Source: Vermamoeba vermiformis (lineage: Eukaryota). From it: a stretch of DNA of 64,000 nucleotides. Under the pieces are notes generated by a model. It made no database searches. It had not been told where the DNA came from and saw only the letters and a list, made by a program, of their open reading frames with translations. A program made the position numbers and the translations under genes. The DNA lies in the NCBI GenBank assembly GCA_045837725.1, contig JBEWZL010000048.1:124001-188000 (forward strand), read 5' to 3'. Positions within the stretch are counted from its first letter, which is position 1. Each line of letters starts with the position of its first letter. Below, piece after piece: positions 1 through 14,204 of this stretch.

Positions 1-1908
1 CTTGATGCAGACAGTTCATTGCCCTTAATGTTGACAACGAAGTCTGCCTCGAATATTGGATCCACGGTTGATTTGGGTAACTTCCCATCTGCATCTGTCA
101 CAATTTCGATGACAATTACGCAACCTGCTTCACAAACATTCAATGTTGATGTCTCTTCAGCCCTTAAGACTGCCTTATCATCCAACAGCGTCTCGTATTT
201 CTTCCAAGGACCATTGGCAACTCAAGGACGAATTATTTTGCCCGTCGTCAGCTCCTTCCGCTTGGCCCTCGACATTACGCTGTTCTCTGATGGCTCTTAT
301 TCAGTCGATATTCAATATTTGAACGATATTGCAATGGCTCCTGTCGGCGGAACAATTGTTTACAGCACAACGATCGCATCCAACGTAAAAACTGTTTACA
401 GCGCAGCAGATCTGACCCACTATCAATACCAAACATGGCACTATGTCTACTACTCTAACCAAGAGCCTCTCGTCAACGTCCAGTTCGATGTTTTGAGCTT
501 GATCCAAACGAATGCAATTCCTCCTTACAACTACACTCGCGGTATTAATGAAGGACTAGTCACGTTTACTATGAACAGCATTGATTCAGACACTTGGGGC
601 CAGCCATTCGATAACTACGGCGTCACTAAAGCCATGCCAATGACTGGTGGTCGAGCGGATCTTGGTCCTCTGCCCCTCTATACCACTGCTTGGATCATCT
701 CACAAAACAACTATATTCGACAATATATGCTGGGTTGGGGAGAGGCTGCCGGCTCGACACCGTTGAACTACTTTGCCAAGAATGAATCACGCTGGTTGAA
801 TGTATTCGATTATCCGAGACTGTGGTTGGACACGCGGTGCATTTCTTACTCGATCTGTCCGACACAATTCACTGAAGAGAACACGTGGCAGCTCGACACC
901 GCGCACTTGCCTAATATGGCATTTGTGCCCTACATGGTCACTGGTCGACGCTACTACCTGGACCGCATGGAGGCTGTTGCCGCGTGGGTAGCCAGCACCA
1001 CTTGGGACGCACTTCGACGTCAAGGTGGTGAAGCTGAAATGGGCTTGTTGTACGGCGAACAGCTGCGAGGTGCTGCGTGGGGCCTGCGAGAAGTCGTGTA
1101 CGCCAAGTACATTAGTCCTGATGACACGCCGATGAGAAGTTACTACGACAAGATGGTCTTCAATCATTTGTCGTGGTTGAACAATCAAACTGATTCGTGG
1201 ACAGCTAAGACTGGTGAAGTCTATGGCATCATGCTGGCATTCAGTTACGGCGGAGATTTCATTGTTCCGCCCTGGCAGACCGATTTCTTCGCGAGCACAA
1301 TCTCCACGGCACAAAGACAAGGCGAACCATTGGCCAAACAGTTCCTAAAGTGGTCCAAGAACTGGGACGTTGGTCGATTTTTGCACGATCCGCCATTCAA
1401 CAAACAAAACGGCGTGGCGTATAATATCTGGTACGGCAATGCTACTGAATTTGTCACTACGTGGGCGCAGTTCCAATACGAACAAGAGGCACGTGGCTAC
1501 AATAATGTCAATTTTAAAGAGAGCAACGGATATTACAGTCAACTGGGACTGATGACACTTGTCATGCATCAAATCAATGACCCGAGTGACAACGATGCCG
1601 TCACTGCTTTTAACTGGTTGTCAACTGCTGGTGCTCCTTATACTACCGAGAATGATTTCAGAAACGATCCGACATTCGGGTAAGTGGTAGATCAAACTAA
1701 AAAATATTGAAAAATATCTGTGAAAAATTTATCTAATGATGATATTTTGTTTAGTATGGCTCCTTACCCAGCACGCGTCAATGCACCCGATACAGAAATT
1801 GTTGCAGCACCAGTGTCGGGTCCTGGTGCTCCACTAGCCACTTCATTCGCCTTGCGTTTGAGTGCTATGTTTGCCTTGTTAATGCTCGCTCAAATTTTCG
1901 TTCTGTAA
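1..1908 (+). CDS. 5'-truncated large secreted/GPI-anchored protein, possibly a bacterial-like (alpha/alpha)-barrel carbohydrate-active enzyme
   Basis: Frame open from base 1 to 1679; GT-AG intron 1680..1754 joins in frame to a last exon ending in a hydrophobic tail (LRLSAMFALLMLAQIFVL*). Trp/Tyr-rich motifs (MPMTGGRADLGPLP, DTAHLPN, YMVTGRRYYLD, QLRGAAW). Function is inferred only. Confidence 0.6.
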
Positions 1909-1993
1909 TAAAATTTCGTTGTCATACCAATTTACATTCTTCGAGTACAAGCTGAGATGGGTTTTACAAACCTTCCTCTTTGTCACAAAACCG

Positions 1994-3959
1994 TTAAAGG
2001 CCTATTCCTAAGTCATCAAGCACTGCTTGTGAAAACATGTTGTAAAAGCTCTCCTTTTCTATTAGGTAAGTCTGAATCGGTCGTTGCAGCAACTTGGCCT
2101 TCTGAAACACCTTCTGCGCATCGGTTATTACTTCTTTGTTGGTGATAAGTGTAAAGGAGGCAAATTCGACCTTTTGGTTAAGCTGTTGAAGCTGTGAAAG
2201 TAGACTCTTTGCAGCGTCATTGGCGCACTTCATAATGCCAAGAATTATGTCAGGACTGCCTTGTTCTTCTCCACTGGGTCCTCCTACCGTAATTTTCTTG
2301 TCTATTCCGCCAGTTTTAATCTGCATTGCGTGAATTTTGAAGCCGTTGGCGGTCTTCTCGAACACAACGCCGTCAAATCCTTGATCCGCGGCAAAGTACA
2401 ACAACTCTCCACAATGATTTGTTACGTCTTTGAAAAGCACGTGATTACCTCCAGCTGTTACAGATAAGCATTTCTCGTTGTAGCTAGTGATCTTATACGG
2501 CAAATTGTATTCGGTTTGTCCTTCGAATAGCAGTGTTCGAATGTATTTCTCGATGAGACCACCAGCAGAGCCACATCCGTCCCATTTTCTGAACGTTCCT
2601 TCCAAAGCCATCATTGTTAATCGATCAGGGTGATTCGTCAAGTAGCTTTTGACAACTTCGTAATCACTTGGCAGTAACAGTTCGTAATTGTTATTGCTGG
2701 AGTATAATAGCCCTGTGTCCACCCATTCATTAAGTTGGCGCACATAGTCTTCTTCTCTCACATAGGGTTTCATGGCGTCAGTGACTTCGGAGTACGAGAG
2801 TGCTTGTTGTTGCCAAGAGATTTTCGTTTCTCGAGTCAGAGCCTCGTTTTTAAGGAACAGACGACTGACCACCGCTCTGAACGCAGGTTTACATAGTGCG
2901 TCAATAATGCTCGACTGAACGTCGTTCTTCATTAGTCGATCAATGTTGCGTCCAACTCCGCCTGTCTTGATAAACACCGTTTCTGTGTCATCCGTTGAGT
3001 TGGGATACCGCACTTGCAAAAGTTTCTGCAGCTCTTCTTGGTCGCGCATTGGCAGTAGTCTTTTTTCGGCATAAACAGTATTGTTTAAGTTCGGGTACTC
3101 GTGATACTGAGCGGAATTGGCCTTCTTGAAAGCCAGAGTTGTAATATTCGCGGATGAGCTTGATATAATTCCAAAACAATTGGGTTGTTTTCCGATGCTT
3201 AGCAGCTGCTTCACACATTCAACTTCAAATGAATCGCGCGTGCTATTAGGTTTGTATAGCTGTTGAACTTCGTCAGCGAGAAAGGCAACGTAGATGCGTT
3301 GGCTCTGCAGTACGCTCAAGAGCTCGATGCAGTTCGAAATATCTTTGACTACGGCAAACACCTCTACGCGTCGTAGTTGGAGTTGCTCCAAAATAATTTG
3401 CACCGGAAGTTTGCAGGCCATCTGTTCGTAGTCCCAATAGACAGGAAACACGTGCTCGCATGCCGCTGAGAGAGTGTGGGTCAGTCCCTCCATTAACATA
3501 GTTTTTCCGACTCCGCGAACGCCTGAGATCAAAAGACTGCTCCCGCTCGAGACCGCTGGTGGAATATTTGTTAAGTTAGCGGAAAGTTTCAACGAATCTA
3601 AGAATAAACTTGCCTATATTATCAACCGCGAGCTGCCTGCCAAGCCTTTCTAGCGCAATAACAGTTGAAATAATTGACCGAAATATTGGCTGAATAGTTT
3701 TGGATTCAAAAAGCTTTGAAAGTGGTTTTCGGCCGTCGGTAGCATAAACATTCCATAGCTCTTTTATGGCTCTGCTTGCTGCCTCCAAATTGTTCGATTG
3801 AATACCAGATCTGAAATCAGAAATTGCTTCTTGTTCTTTGTCGACCAGTAAATTAGTCATTTTTTGGCGCAAAGCTGTAGCAAAAATATTAGCGCTAAAC
3901 TGCGGTAAGAATAAGCGACGGAATTTACCTTCGTTTTCTTTGGTGCTAGAGGAGATCAT
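1994..3959 (-). CDS. P-loop NTPase + PD-(D/E)xK-like nuclease protein (Crinkler/RHS-type architecture)
   Basis: Walker A GVRGVGKT, Walker B AFLADE, C-terminal DQGFDGVVF...HAMQIK. The ORFs 3576..3959 and 1994..3592 join in frame if 3598..3613 (GCAAGTTTATTCTTAG) is removed. Confidence 0.6.
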
Positions 3960-4174
3960 TTTCTAAGGCCTCTTCGTAAGGAATTGTTGCGTTATCATAG
4001 ATAATTTTTCTGTCTGTTGTGTTGTAGGTTGACTTGGGAAAACATTTATAAATAGTTTCCCGCCAATTCGGGCGGTCGTTTGCTTTCTTCGTATTAAGGT
4101 TGAAATGACAGGGTCGCTGCCGTAGTATGAATTGCGTAGTGTGACGATATCACGCAATTTATTTGTAATTTGCT

Positions 4175-7100
4175 TCAAGGGTTTGTATCTTTCCGCTTTT
4201 TACCTGAGTTGTTTTGATTAGGTTGTAGCAGGCCCTTATTCTTGTTAGTATTATTATCTCCGTCCTTATTATTCTTGCCCTTTTTGCTTTCAGTTTTTCG
4301 TTGTTTTTCTTCGCGCTCTTCAATGTCCTCTTTGAACAGCACTTTGAGTGCGGGCAATAAAGTCGACAGCATTTGGAAGTCAGTGAAATCTACCGTCATG
4401 AGATCAAATGCGATGTTCGCGCATTGTTCGTACTTCTCGGCGAATGCAGGGATCTTAGGGTATCGTTGACTGAAGTGGTTCATCAACACGTAACGCGCTT
4501 TCATCCTGTGAAAAAATGAGTACGAAATTTCGCGGTTCAGTGAACGTCAAAACGTACTTTAAGGCCATTTCAATCGCGTGTTTAGTCGTAGAGTGATTTT
4601 TCATCTTTGCTTCTTTCCACATCTTGTCCTCAAAAGTTGCTTCATGAACGACAATTGTCGCGTCCATGCCGTACTTAATCATGGCTTTGCAGGGTCTCGT
4701 GTCACCAGAGAACCTTCATTATAGACATTAGGCATCATTCAATATACTTAGCTAGGGGCCTATACTACTTACACGATCTTCCAGCCGTCGTGATGTTTCA
4801 AGAAAAACGCGTACGAGTCGTGACAGTGAATGGCGTCCACGGCAAATACCTCGCTCAAGCCGCAACTCTGCACGAAGTAGTTCTGAAGCTCGTGATTGGG
4901 ATTGGCGCGCATCAAGTGGCAGTCAAAGAACTTGAAGTCAATGTGCTCGACGTGCGTGTATTCGTCGAGCCAGTAGCGCAGTGAGGTCGGGCCAACAATG
5001 ACAAGTGGTGTCACGGGAATGTTGTGGGACTCGAGGACCTGCAAATAGATCACATTAGATTCATGAACGAGGTAGTAAAATGGTTTTAAACGACGTACTT
5101 TTCTTCGTCGAATTAACATTCTAAGCGTGCCCAAGTGATGATCGGCGTGAATGTGCGTGATCATAATGGCCTTCAAGTTGCTCAAGATCTGTTCGAGCTG
5201 TTGTGGGCCGAATCTGCGCATTAATTGACCGTACGTGCCTTCACCACAGTCTATTAATAGACCTGCGCCATTGTTCAATTGCAAGTAGTTCGCGCTAACT
5301 GTGAAAATATGATCAGAATCTGTATATACAGACTAATCTTTGCGAATATTTACCATTTCTATATTTGGAAGGAATTGCAGATCCAGTGCCCAAAAAAGTC
5401 AATGCCACGCCTTTCCAGTTCTCAGGCACGTGATCGGGAGTAATGTTTTGGTGGTGACTTTTCACGAGGGCCATTTTCTCGACTAATTCTTTGTCTTCTT
5501 TAAACACACTCAATATTTCATCTTCATTGAGCCTTGTCAATATAGAATCGACCTCAAAACCGACATTTGTGGCTGGGGACAATGTAAATTTCAACAACGG
5601 CTCCGCGGGAGTTATATGACCAGGTAATCCTTCTGTTAATCGTTAATACTATAAGCGAAGTTAATAATGTTTGATTACCGATGATAACGGGCTGATTATC
5701 GAGTGAATACGACTTGGGGAATATTTTCTGGTTGAGCTGGTTCATTTTGATCTGCATTGTGGCAGTAGCTTTGAACATGTGGCGTTGTGAGCAGACTTGT
5801 TTGTTCACCAAGATGTGCTATAATATCACTATTAGTTCTCGGCCTTAACATGATGTAATGGTTCAATGTGTCAAAAGAAATCCACGTGACAAGTTTGACA
5901 CGTGTCAATAGAGGTACCTGAACGGTGTCGCTGAACAAATTCATCCACTGTTTGTATCGCGCGTCTTGCAACACTTCGTGCGGGGTCATGTGGATGATGC
6001 ACGCTGTCAATTGACCGAACTGTTGGTTGTTGTAGTACTGCGTGAAGTCTGGATGCGCGACCAGTGCGTCAAGGTATTCAACTGTTGGGCACGTGACCAC
6101 GAGCATTACCTAATAAGGAAATATTAATATGCGATGCTATAGATCAGTAAGCATACCATGCCAATGGTTGTCGGGCTCATGACGTCTGATGGCTTAATAA
6201 CTGTACCATCAGCGAGGGTCAAATTTTCACCCTTCATTAAAATACCTAATAAAACAGTCAATATTGTACTGCTATATTAATCTGTAGATATGGCGAACCA
6301 AATTGAGGACCAGGTTTAGCACCAAGTTCTTGAGCTCGTTTCGGATTGAATTTTCCTCTGACATCCGGCATGTGACAAGCCCAGCAAATGACACTTTTGA
6401 CAGGTGTCACTCGCGACAGCAATCTTGCCATGGGAGTCGGGGTCTTCTTCGGATTGTCCAAGTCGAGATCGTGTGGCTGTTCCTCGAATGATCGTTCATC
6501 TTCGACTTCATCCACGCCCTCTCCAGACTCCTCGATTGGGTGAATTGTATCGTGTACTACGTGTACATCGTCGTCAAGGTCTTTTTCTTCCTCTTTGTCA
6601 ATGGCGTGAGCAGATCCATCGGACAATTTTCTCTTTTTATTTACAGCAAAATCTAGGTCGTACTTAGTATTAATAAATTTAATAATAGATAAATAGCGTT
6701 AGTGTTACCTTGTTTATGTAGTTTGACGTGATGAAATTTCGATTTTTCGTCGTAATCAATCTTCGAGTACAAGGTGATCTGCTTCTGAAATTCACTTTGC
6801 GAGCCATCAATATCCATTTGTTCGCTAGTACTAGACTCATCGACTTGCATTTGATTGTTATTATTATTGGTATTTGTATTAGCGTCATTTGAAGGGATTG
6901 TAATGACGATTGGAATGACTTTCATATTATCATCTTGATAAATGTCATTGGCTTCGATCGATGATTTGCTTTCAAATTCTCTTATTCTGAGATTTAAATC
7001 TCTCCTGCGAATTAATTGGTAATTAAAAGCAGATCTAATTATTTTTGATTTTAATGTTAGGTACCTTTGTAAGAAGTAGCGACATGATTCAATGAAATAA

Positions 7101-7621
7101 AGTGTATTTTTAGGACCCATTAAGCTAATCTCTTTAATTCCAATGTCGGCCAATGTTAATAACGCACCTGTAAGCAAAAAATTAATCAAAAGATCGCGAT
7201 CGAGGGAAAAAATTTACCAGGCAAGCCACCAACAAGGTCCCATGTTAGCTGAGAGAAGAATATATGTTGTACTTTAGCTAATCTTACTTTGTGTTCCGTA
7301 CAAAAGCGTTGTGTGCCTTCACCACAGTTGAATAGATCTGCATTATCAAAACTGTTAATTCAAATATTTTTTAAACGGCACCAATAAATCAAATTAATTA
7401 TGGTTATGTTAAATCCAAATAATCTTCGCACAAGAATGTTTTGGAATAAAGATCACGAAACTTGATGTTTTTTGAATAATGTAGGCATAACAGTAACTAT
7501 TAAAGTCAAAAATAGGGGTTCTATAATATTATTACATACAACTTTGTTGATCGAAGAATAAAAGCAACGACGGTGTTGTATCGCCCGTGTCTGTGCCCAA
7601 AATCTGCAGGTAGATCTTCAT
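4175..7621 (-). CDS. ELAC2: tRNase Z, long form (ELAC2/Trz1 family), multi-exon
   Basis: MKIYLQILGTDTGD start, YLFNCGEGTQR, FLGTGSAIPSKYRN, LIDCGEGTYGQL, THIHADHHLG metallo-beta-lactamase motif, HEATF, NHFSQRYPK; GT-AG introns between ORF pieces. Confidence 0.93.
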
Positions 7622-7917
7622 CTTGAGGAGCAGTACTTATAGTGAGTCTTGTGCTACTCACTTCTTATCGATAGCTTGTTTAAGTTCTCGTAAATTTCGC
7701 TTATATAATTTGGCAGTCAAACTTTGTCAAACTACCTATGAACTGGATCCTACTTTGCACCAGAATTCTTGGCGCAAATCTGATATTCTCCATAATAGAA
7801 GGACCCAAGAACATCATTCTTTGGTTCTGATTCACAAGTCAAGGGCTTGCTTTATTTTTTCAGAACTCCGTCTAATTTTACCAACCGAACCCGATCAAGG
7901 AACACAACCAGAACAAA

Positions 7918-10641
7918 ATGAGTTTGGCTGCGTCATCCGCGAGCATTCAGTCGAACTACTCTGAATATTCAGAGCAAAATAGCAACTATGACGACGATGA
8001 TATGTAAGCAAATCTCTGCATCTCGTTAACGCTAGTTGCAAGTTTATTCCAAAAAATCGTATTAATATGGTTATACAGTGATATGGATAATATTGATGGA
8101 TTGGACGACGGAGATGCTATGGAAGCTGAGGCCAAGGAATCCAATTATGTCTGTCTAACTCCTGACGATATTGTCCGAGAACAACAAGATGAAATTCAAA
8201 AAGTTGCCGAATTATTCGAAGTAAGTTCATTAATATTGATATTAAATAGACTACAGTATTGAATTTTTGGGTTTCATCCTTTTTCCTATTTTTTGTAAAT
8301 TTCTGTTACTTTTTATTCAGCGAATAAGTTGGTCAATTGCATTATTGAATATTTTAAATACTGTTGGTAAATTATGGGCTCTATTTGTCCACAATTTTTA
8401 CAATATGAGTTTTAGTCTTGAAATCTGCTTTGCAACGCTATAAAACAGATTCTATGATTCACCTTGCAGATATTTTGAACATTTTCTTTTAATTTTGATT
8501 ATTTTTAAGGTTAATCTCTAATTTAAATTCAAATAAAGTTGCGGATCGAGCTAACTTCCAATTTTATTTTTAGGTCTCAGGTCCTATTGCTCGTCAATTA
8601 TTAACTCATATGAAATGGAACTCAGATAGATTAATCGAGCGCTATTATGACGGCGAAGCTGAACGCATTTTCAAAGAAGCTGGTATTGTTAACCCTCACG
8701 CAGTACGTCAACTTTTCAACGCGAGATCTGCTTTAAAAATTATTATTATTTTATTTTCCAACTGCCAATATTTGCATGTTGTTTAATCATAATATTTCTA
8801 ACCGCAAGTATGATAATTATGATTAAATTTTTGCGTGCATAACGCGTGCCACCCGAGAGGGTTCTTATTAATTAACCGATGCTACTTTTAGCGCACAAAC
8901 ACAAACGCAAAGAAATTGGACAAAAAGAAGGACGTGGAGTGTACGATTTGTTTCATGGACTACCCTGCTTCTGAAATGACCGATCTGCCTTGCAATCACG
9001 TGTTCTGCAATGACTGCTGGGGCACTTACTTGACCCTCAAGATTATGGACGAGGGCAAGGCTAAATGTAAGTCGATTCAATATATATTCGCCTTCATTCG
9101 TATTTGCAATAGAACGAGAAACATGTTCGTGAACAATTTGCGATTTTCATTCTGAAATTTCCAAAACGAGAAATAATTGTCCGATGGGCGAACAAGAGCT
9201 AGTTACCACGTGGCATATGAGATCGATGCTAATCTGTAATATTTACCGCTAGACATTCCTTGCCCTGCCAAGAACTGCCACATTAACGTCGATGAAGTGA
9301 CAGTCGGCAAGTTGATTCAAGACGCCAAAGTGCGCGAGAAGTACAACAAGATGATTGCGCAGGCCTACGTCGAGGACAACAAGAACGTGCGATGGTGTCC
9401 TGGCCGCGGCTGTCAAAATGCCGTGAAAGTCAAGTTGTTGAAGGAGAAAGAAGTCGTTTGCTCGTGCGGCACTAAGTTCTGGTACGTCGCTTTTGAATCA
9501 AATAATATGCCTAAATTAGGAAATGTCGTTAATATTGTTTCATGAATTAGCTTCGGTTGCGGTAACTTGCCGCACGCCCCAGCTGACTGCAAGATGATCA
9601 AGGACTGGAACAACAAGATGAATGCTGACGGAGAGAACGCGCAGTGGATCGCGTCATTCACGAAAGAATGTCCCAAGTGTAACTTCCTCAGTAAGTACTC
9701 CGTGGCCTGGCCTTGAGCATTCAATTGTCGGGGAGATTGCTAACAAGAATTAATTTGCAGTTCACAAGGACGGAGGTTGTCAATACATGCGCTGCTCGAA
9801 CTGCAACCACGGCTTCTGCTGGATTGTAAGTACTAGTTTAATAGAGACATCACCCGTCATGTTCGGAATGACGGATCTGGATCGAGTTCCAAGTTCTTAC
9901 ATTGTTTTATTTGCTAGTGCTTGGGAGCATTCGATCACGTGGCCCACGCGTGCAACAAGTTGAAAGAAGAGAAAGATCTCGACAAGAACAGCGAGCGTGC
10001 CAAGTTGAACAAGTTTGTGCACTTTGTCACTCGTTTCCAAGTGCACGCGCAATCTGCCAAGCTCGAAGATAAGTTGCTCGATCAGGCCAACAGATTGATG
10101 AGCGAATTGGCCGAGAAAGGGTATGTCCTATGGTAATGTCATATTCGTATTGGTGTTCTAACGAGCTCGTGCAGATCTTCATGGATTGATGTTCAATTCA
10201 TCAAGGCCGCCACTCTTGGTTTGATGGAGGCTCGTAATATGCTCAAGTGGACCTATGTCTACGGCTATTTCTTGCCTGATCACGTCAACAGAGATTTGTT
10301 CGAGTACTTGCAAGCCGATCTTGAATCCGCTACTGAAAAATTGAGCGGTTTGTTGGAAGCCAAAGAAGAAAAAGATAGACTCAAGATCATTAACGCTACT
10401 GAATACGTCAAGCAGGTAAGTCTACTTAAATAATTATATAAGATATTTTGCTGTCAAAATTAATCGACGGATCTTGCCTACTTTTAGCTTCGGTACTGAT
10501 CTTACTTTAATTCTATAGCGAATAAAGAACATGTTGGAGGGTTTGGCCGACGGAGACATTACTGGTGGCAAGGCTACAGAAGACAAGGTCTACAAGATTG
10601 ATGATAAATACGACGGCTGGATCTACAACCCCGGCAAATAA
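7918..10641 (+). CDS. ARIH1: Ariadne-family RBR E3 ubiquitin ligase
   Basis: Acidic N-terminus, RING1 (CTICF..CNHVFCNDCW), IBR (WCPGRGC..CSCG), RING2 (KECPKC..GGCQYMRC..FCWICLG), Ariadne domain (LKWTYVYGY, FEYLQADLE). Confidence 0.9.
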
Positions 10642-10804
10642 ATTCGCTGGTAAAATATAAGCGAGGCGATAATAGACACGTTATATTATAATAGCGAAGC
10701 TGGTGTACATAACAAACAAACAAAGTTCATTTTTTGACTAGTGTAATCTTTTAACAATAAAAAAATCATAATTTTAATCAGATCAGATCCGCGTCGACGT
10801 TATT

Positions 10805-11642
10805 TTATTTCTTTTTGAATAGGCCCAATAGTACTAATGGAGTATTTAAACATTTGCTACAATAGATTTTACCGTCTTTCATACCGCAGTTGTCTTCTTC
10901 AGGAATATCTAAATTACAATTCGTACATTTCTCTCTGTTCAAAATTGTCCTCCGTGCAACCTCTAAACTTTTCATAAAATTATCGAGTTGTTTGTTTTGC
11001 CAGGCAGTAAACTCGGGTGATGCGCCAGGCATGTTTGGGATCGACATCAAATTGTCATTAAATTGGTACTGTACAGGTTCTGATGGTTTCCTTGCAGTAT
11101 TATTGTTCGTATGTGTTATGGGTTTAATATTTTGGGTTTGTGTATGAAGTTGAACGAGTTGTGGCTCAACTAATGGTGGCATGTCATCTTGATCTTTTTA
11201 GATCTAGCCGATTTTTGTGCAGATACTAGATAAATAAAATTCGAATATTAATTTAATGTTACTGAATATTGTGTATGCGTATTTGCGTAAGTGTTGCTCG
11301 AATTGCAACGAAAATTATTGGTTGAAAAATATCTGATAAGATTACCTGCAGTAGAAGGTGTTTCTACGGCCGTGGAAGAGTTAGTAACATTGGCTTGTTC
11401 GACTTTGTGATTTTTACAATAATATTGGCCGTTCGTGTAAGCGTACAGACCAGGTCTAAGAGTTGATCCACATTGTTTGCATTTAAAACACGCCTACAGT
11501 TCAATTAGCACTCTAATTATGTATTAATACAATTTTACAATTAATTTTATCGTTTAATTACTCGATGAAAGTTGTCCTGACCGACACTGAACTTCTCGAG
11601 CGGATACACGGTCTTATTGCAGGCACTGCACTTGGGATTCAT
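10805..11642 (-). CDS. LIM-domain protein
   Basis: Spliced start MNPKCSACNKTVYPLEKF..FHR / ACFKCKQC..YCKNH is a full LIM domain; the C-terminal CTNC..YCSKC is a further zinc-binding module. Confidence 0.82.
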
Positions 11643-11866
11643 TGCTTACGTAGCAGTTAATATCAATTATGGTTAACAGAATTCCCGTGACAAGGTGGTT
11701 CCTTTGTGTGTGTCGCTTGTACAAGAAAATATTATCATCAATTTTACTTGCGATGGAAAGCAACAAATCACCTTCATCCGTCAATACAAACGGTTTTCAC
11801 TGAAAACCTAACAAGCCGCTAACAATTTTGTGCGGCAATTTGGCAGAAAACTCAAATCCGTTTGTA

Positions 11867-14168
11867 ATGGTGATCGAAAGTATCTGGACCCCCGTTTCGG
11901 ACGTTAATGATCATATCTTATCCTTTTTCAGCGCTTTCGACCTGTTAAACTGTGCACGGACTAGCAAAGGCTTTAGACGTTATTTCGAACGCAAAGGCTG
12001 GCTCAAGGTATTATTCTATATTAATGGCAATTTTTATTTACCATTTTGGTGCAAAATTAGGACCTTGAAAAGCTGTTTTCCAAATACGATCTTGAATATT
12101 TGCCAGAAAATATTCCATGGATTCAGTTAGTCGAAAGATACGATAAAATAGATAGAAGCATTCGAAATGGATAGTACGTAATTATAAAAATACTATTTTA
12201 ACCGCAATAAATATAATTGAACTTAACAGTGCCGTTGTGAACTGCATCGCGACTCCTGTAGAGCCTGAAAATGATGTTCAAGATCGAATAGATGCTGTAT
12301 CTAGCAATGATGAATACATTGCCCTCAACTGGACTGTAACTGAGGGATTCGGGTACGGATGCACTCCTGAACTTCCTTTGTACCAATTATTCCGTTATCA
12401 TAGATCAGGAGCGTATGACGTCATAGCAAGATCAGCGGTAGTAGATTTAAGACACAGAAATCCCATCAAGGTGAAGCTGGATCTGTTCTTTTTTTGACTT
12501 AAGGTCTAACTGCCCTTTAACAGACGGCACAAGGTCCCAATGCATTGAGAATACTAGGAGATGCAGTAGGCGAGCAAGTAAGTTGATACACGATTACAAG
12601 GGACCAATCTAATGTAATTTTTAACAGGGCTTCAGCAACCCTGGTCCTTGGGGAGACTTGTTTACTTATGAAGACCCTATTGAACTAATGAGAATCAAAG
12701 ATGAAGGCCACGAAACATTACATAGCTTACGTACGTCAAAAAAGGAGGACTCAGTAAAACGAAGAAAATTTAACTTTTCAACTCAGGTGCGCGACGGAAG
12801 ACGCGAGGAATTGTTGCAAATAGGGATCCGAGCATGAAGCATCTCATTGCTATTGTCGCGCCAATAATTAAGAGCGATAGTCTCCTGGACAGGTCGCTAT
12901 AAATATTTCCTTTTATGGATCCATGTGCTGACACGTGACCAGATCTGACCTCGAGATCGTCATTTTCGACACAAAAGCATTGAAAGAAGTGACCAGAGTG
13001 CTGCTCGTTGATGCTTCAGAGCCTCAAATGTATACCAAGCCTATGAGTGTCGTGTTCAAGGGCAACAAGATCTACTACAGCGAGAACATTCACCCAGTAG
13101 CTGAAACAACACTGCACATCGTTGATTGGACAAAGAACAACGAGCACAAGAAGTTCACATTGCCAGGGACCTGGTCTGACATCTACGGCGTGCACAAGTC
13201 CCTAGTGTACGGCACCACTGCAGCAGATTGGAATGATCGGTCAATCTTCGTGTACGACGTGAATACTGGCAGATATTTGCAGCGCAAAAAGACGGTGGTA
13301 CGTTGACGTGATTGACACGGGACCTGTCAAAGTGTCATTTTTGAGACTGACTTGTGTTTGTTAGCACTATTGCAGATCTACCTTTGACGTGCTGTGCGGC
13401 TATTTGGTTTACACTGAAGACTCCATGAGTTACTTCCTAGACTACAGAGGCGACAAGCTTGAAGTGGTGAGTTCATTTGTGGTCTCAAGTGAACATCGTA
13501 CCTGCAATTACGTGCGAGCGGTAAGTAATAAAGGCCCTCAGGCTATTTAGACCTGCTCATATTTAATTCGCTAGGGACTTGATGGCACGTTACTGTTGAG
13601 CACAGTGAATGGCAGTGTGAAGCGGGTGGACTTCGAGAACACGTGCGACTTGATGGAAGTCATGCAAATGACAGGTGTCAACGGAGAAACGGTAGGAGGA
13701 CATACATAACAATAATCACTAAAGTGATGTATCTGTTGCGTAGGAGAAGTTTAGCTTCCCTGCACACGAGCTCGGAGAAAAAATTGCTGCAATCCTCGGC
13801 GATGACTTCGTGTCACGCTATTATCGTGTCAACGAAGATTATAGGTACGAATGCTCGTCACCTCAAAGTACTCGTTGCTCTCATATTAATCTACAATTGC
13901 AAGGTGCGGTATTTTTTATCGAAGAGTACAGACTGGTCCACAACTACCCCTCTCTCAAAAGTATCTTCGACACAAAGCGCAATACAACACGCCCTATCAA
14001 TATTATAAGAGCGGGACTGGATTTCAACAGTTTCATATAAACCAAGAGTATCCGAAGTACACTGAAACAGGTTTGTACGGCACAGTGGTGTTCTTTTACG
14101 AGAAGTGGGACGGACAACACTTCAAACTTGCCAAGCCTCAAGATTGGAACAAGTTGCTGCTCAAATAA
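11867..14168 (+). CDS. Putative F-box-like protein with beta-rich C-terminal region, multi-exon
   Basis: N-terminus DVNDHILSFFSAFDLLNCARTSKGFR resembles an F-box; chain of short exons with GT-AG introns. The exact 3' end is approximate. Confidence 0.55.
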
Positions 14169-14204
14169 ACACTCAAATCTTATCTACTATAATTACAACT
14201 TGCT

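Noticed and set aside
4175-7621. RNase Z in the same window as the tRNA-snoRNA cassette as a functional cluster
   Set aside because: It is 25 kb away with many unrelated genes between; no evidence beyond coincidence.
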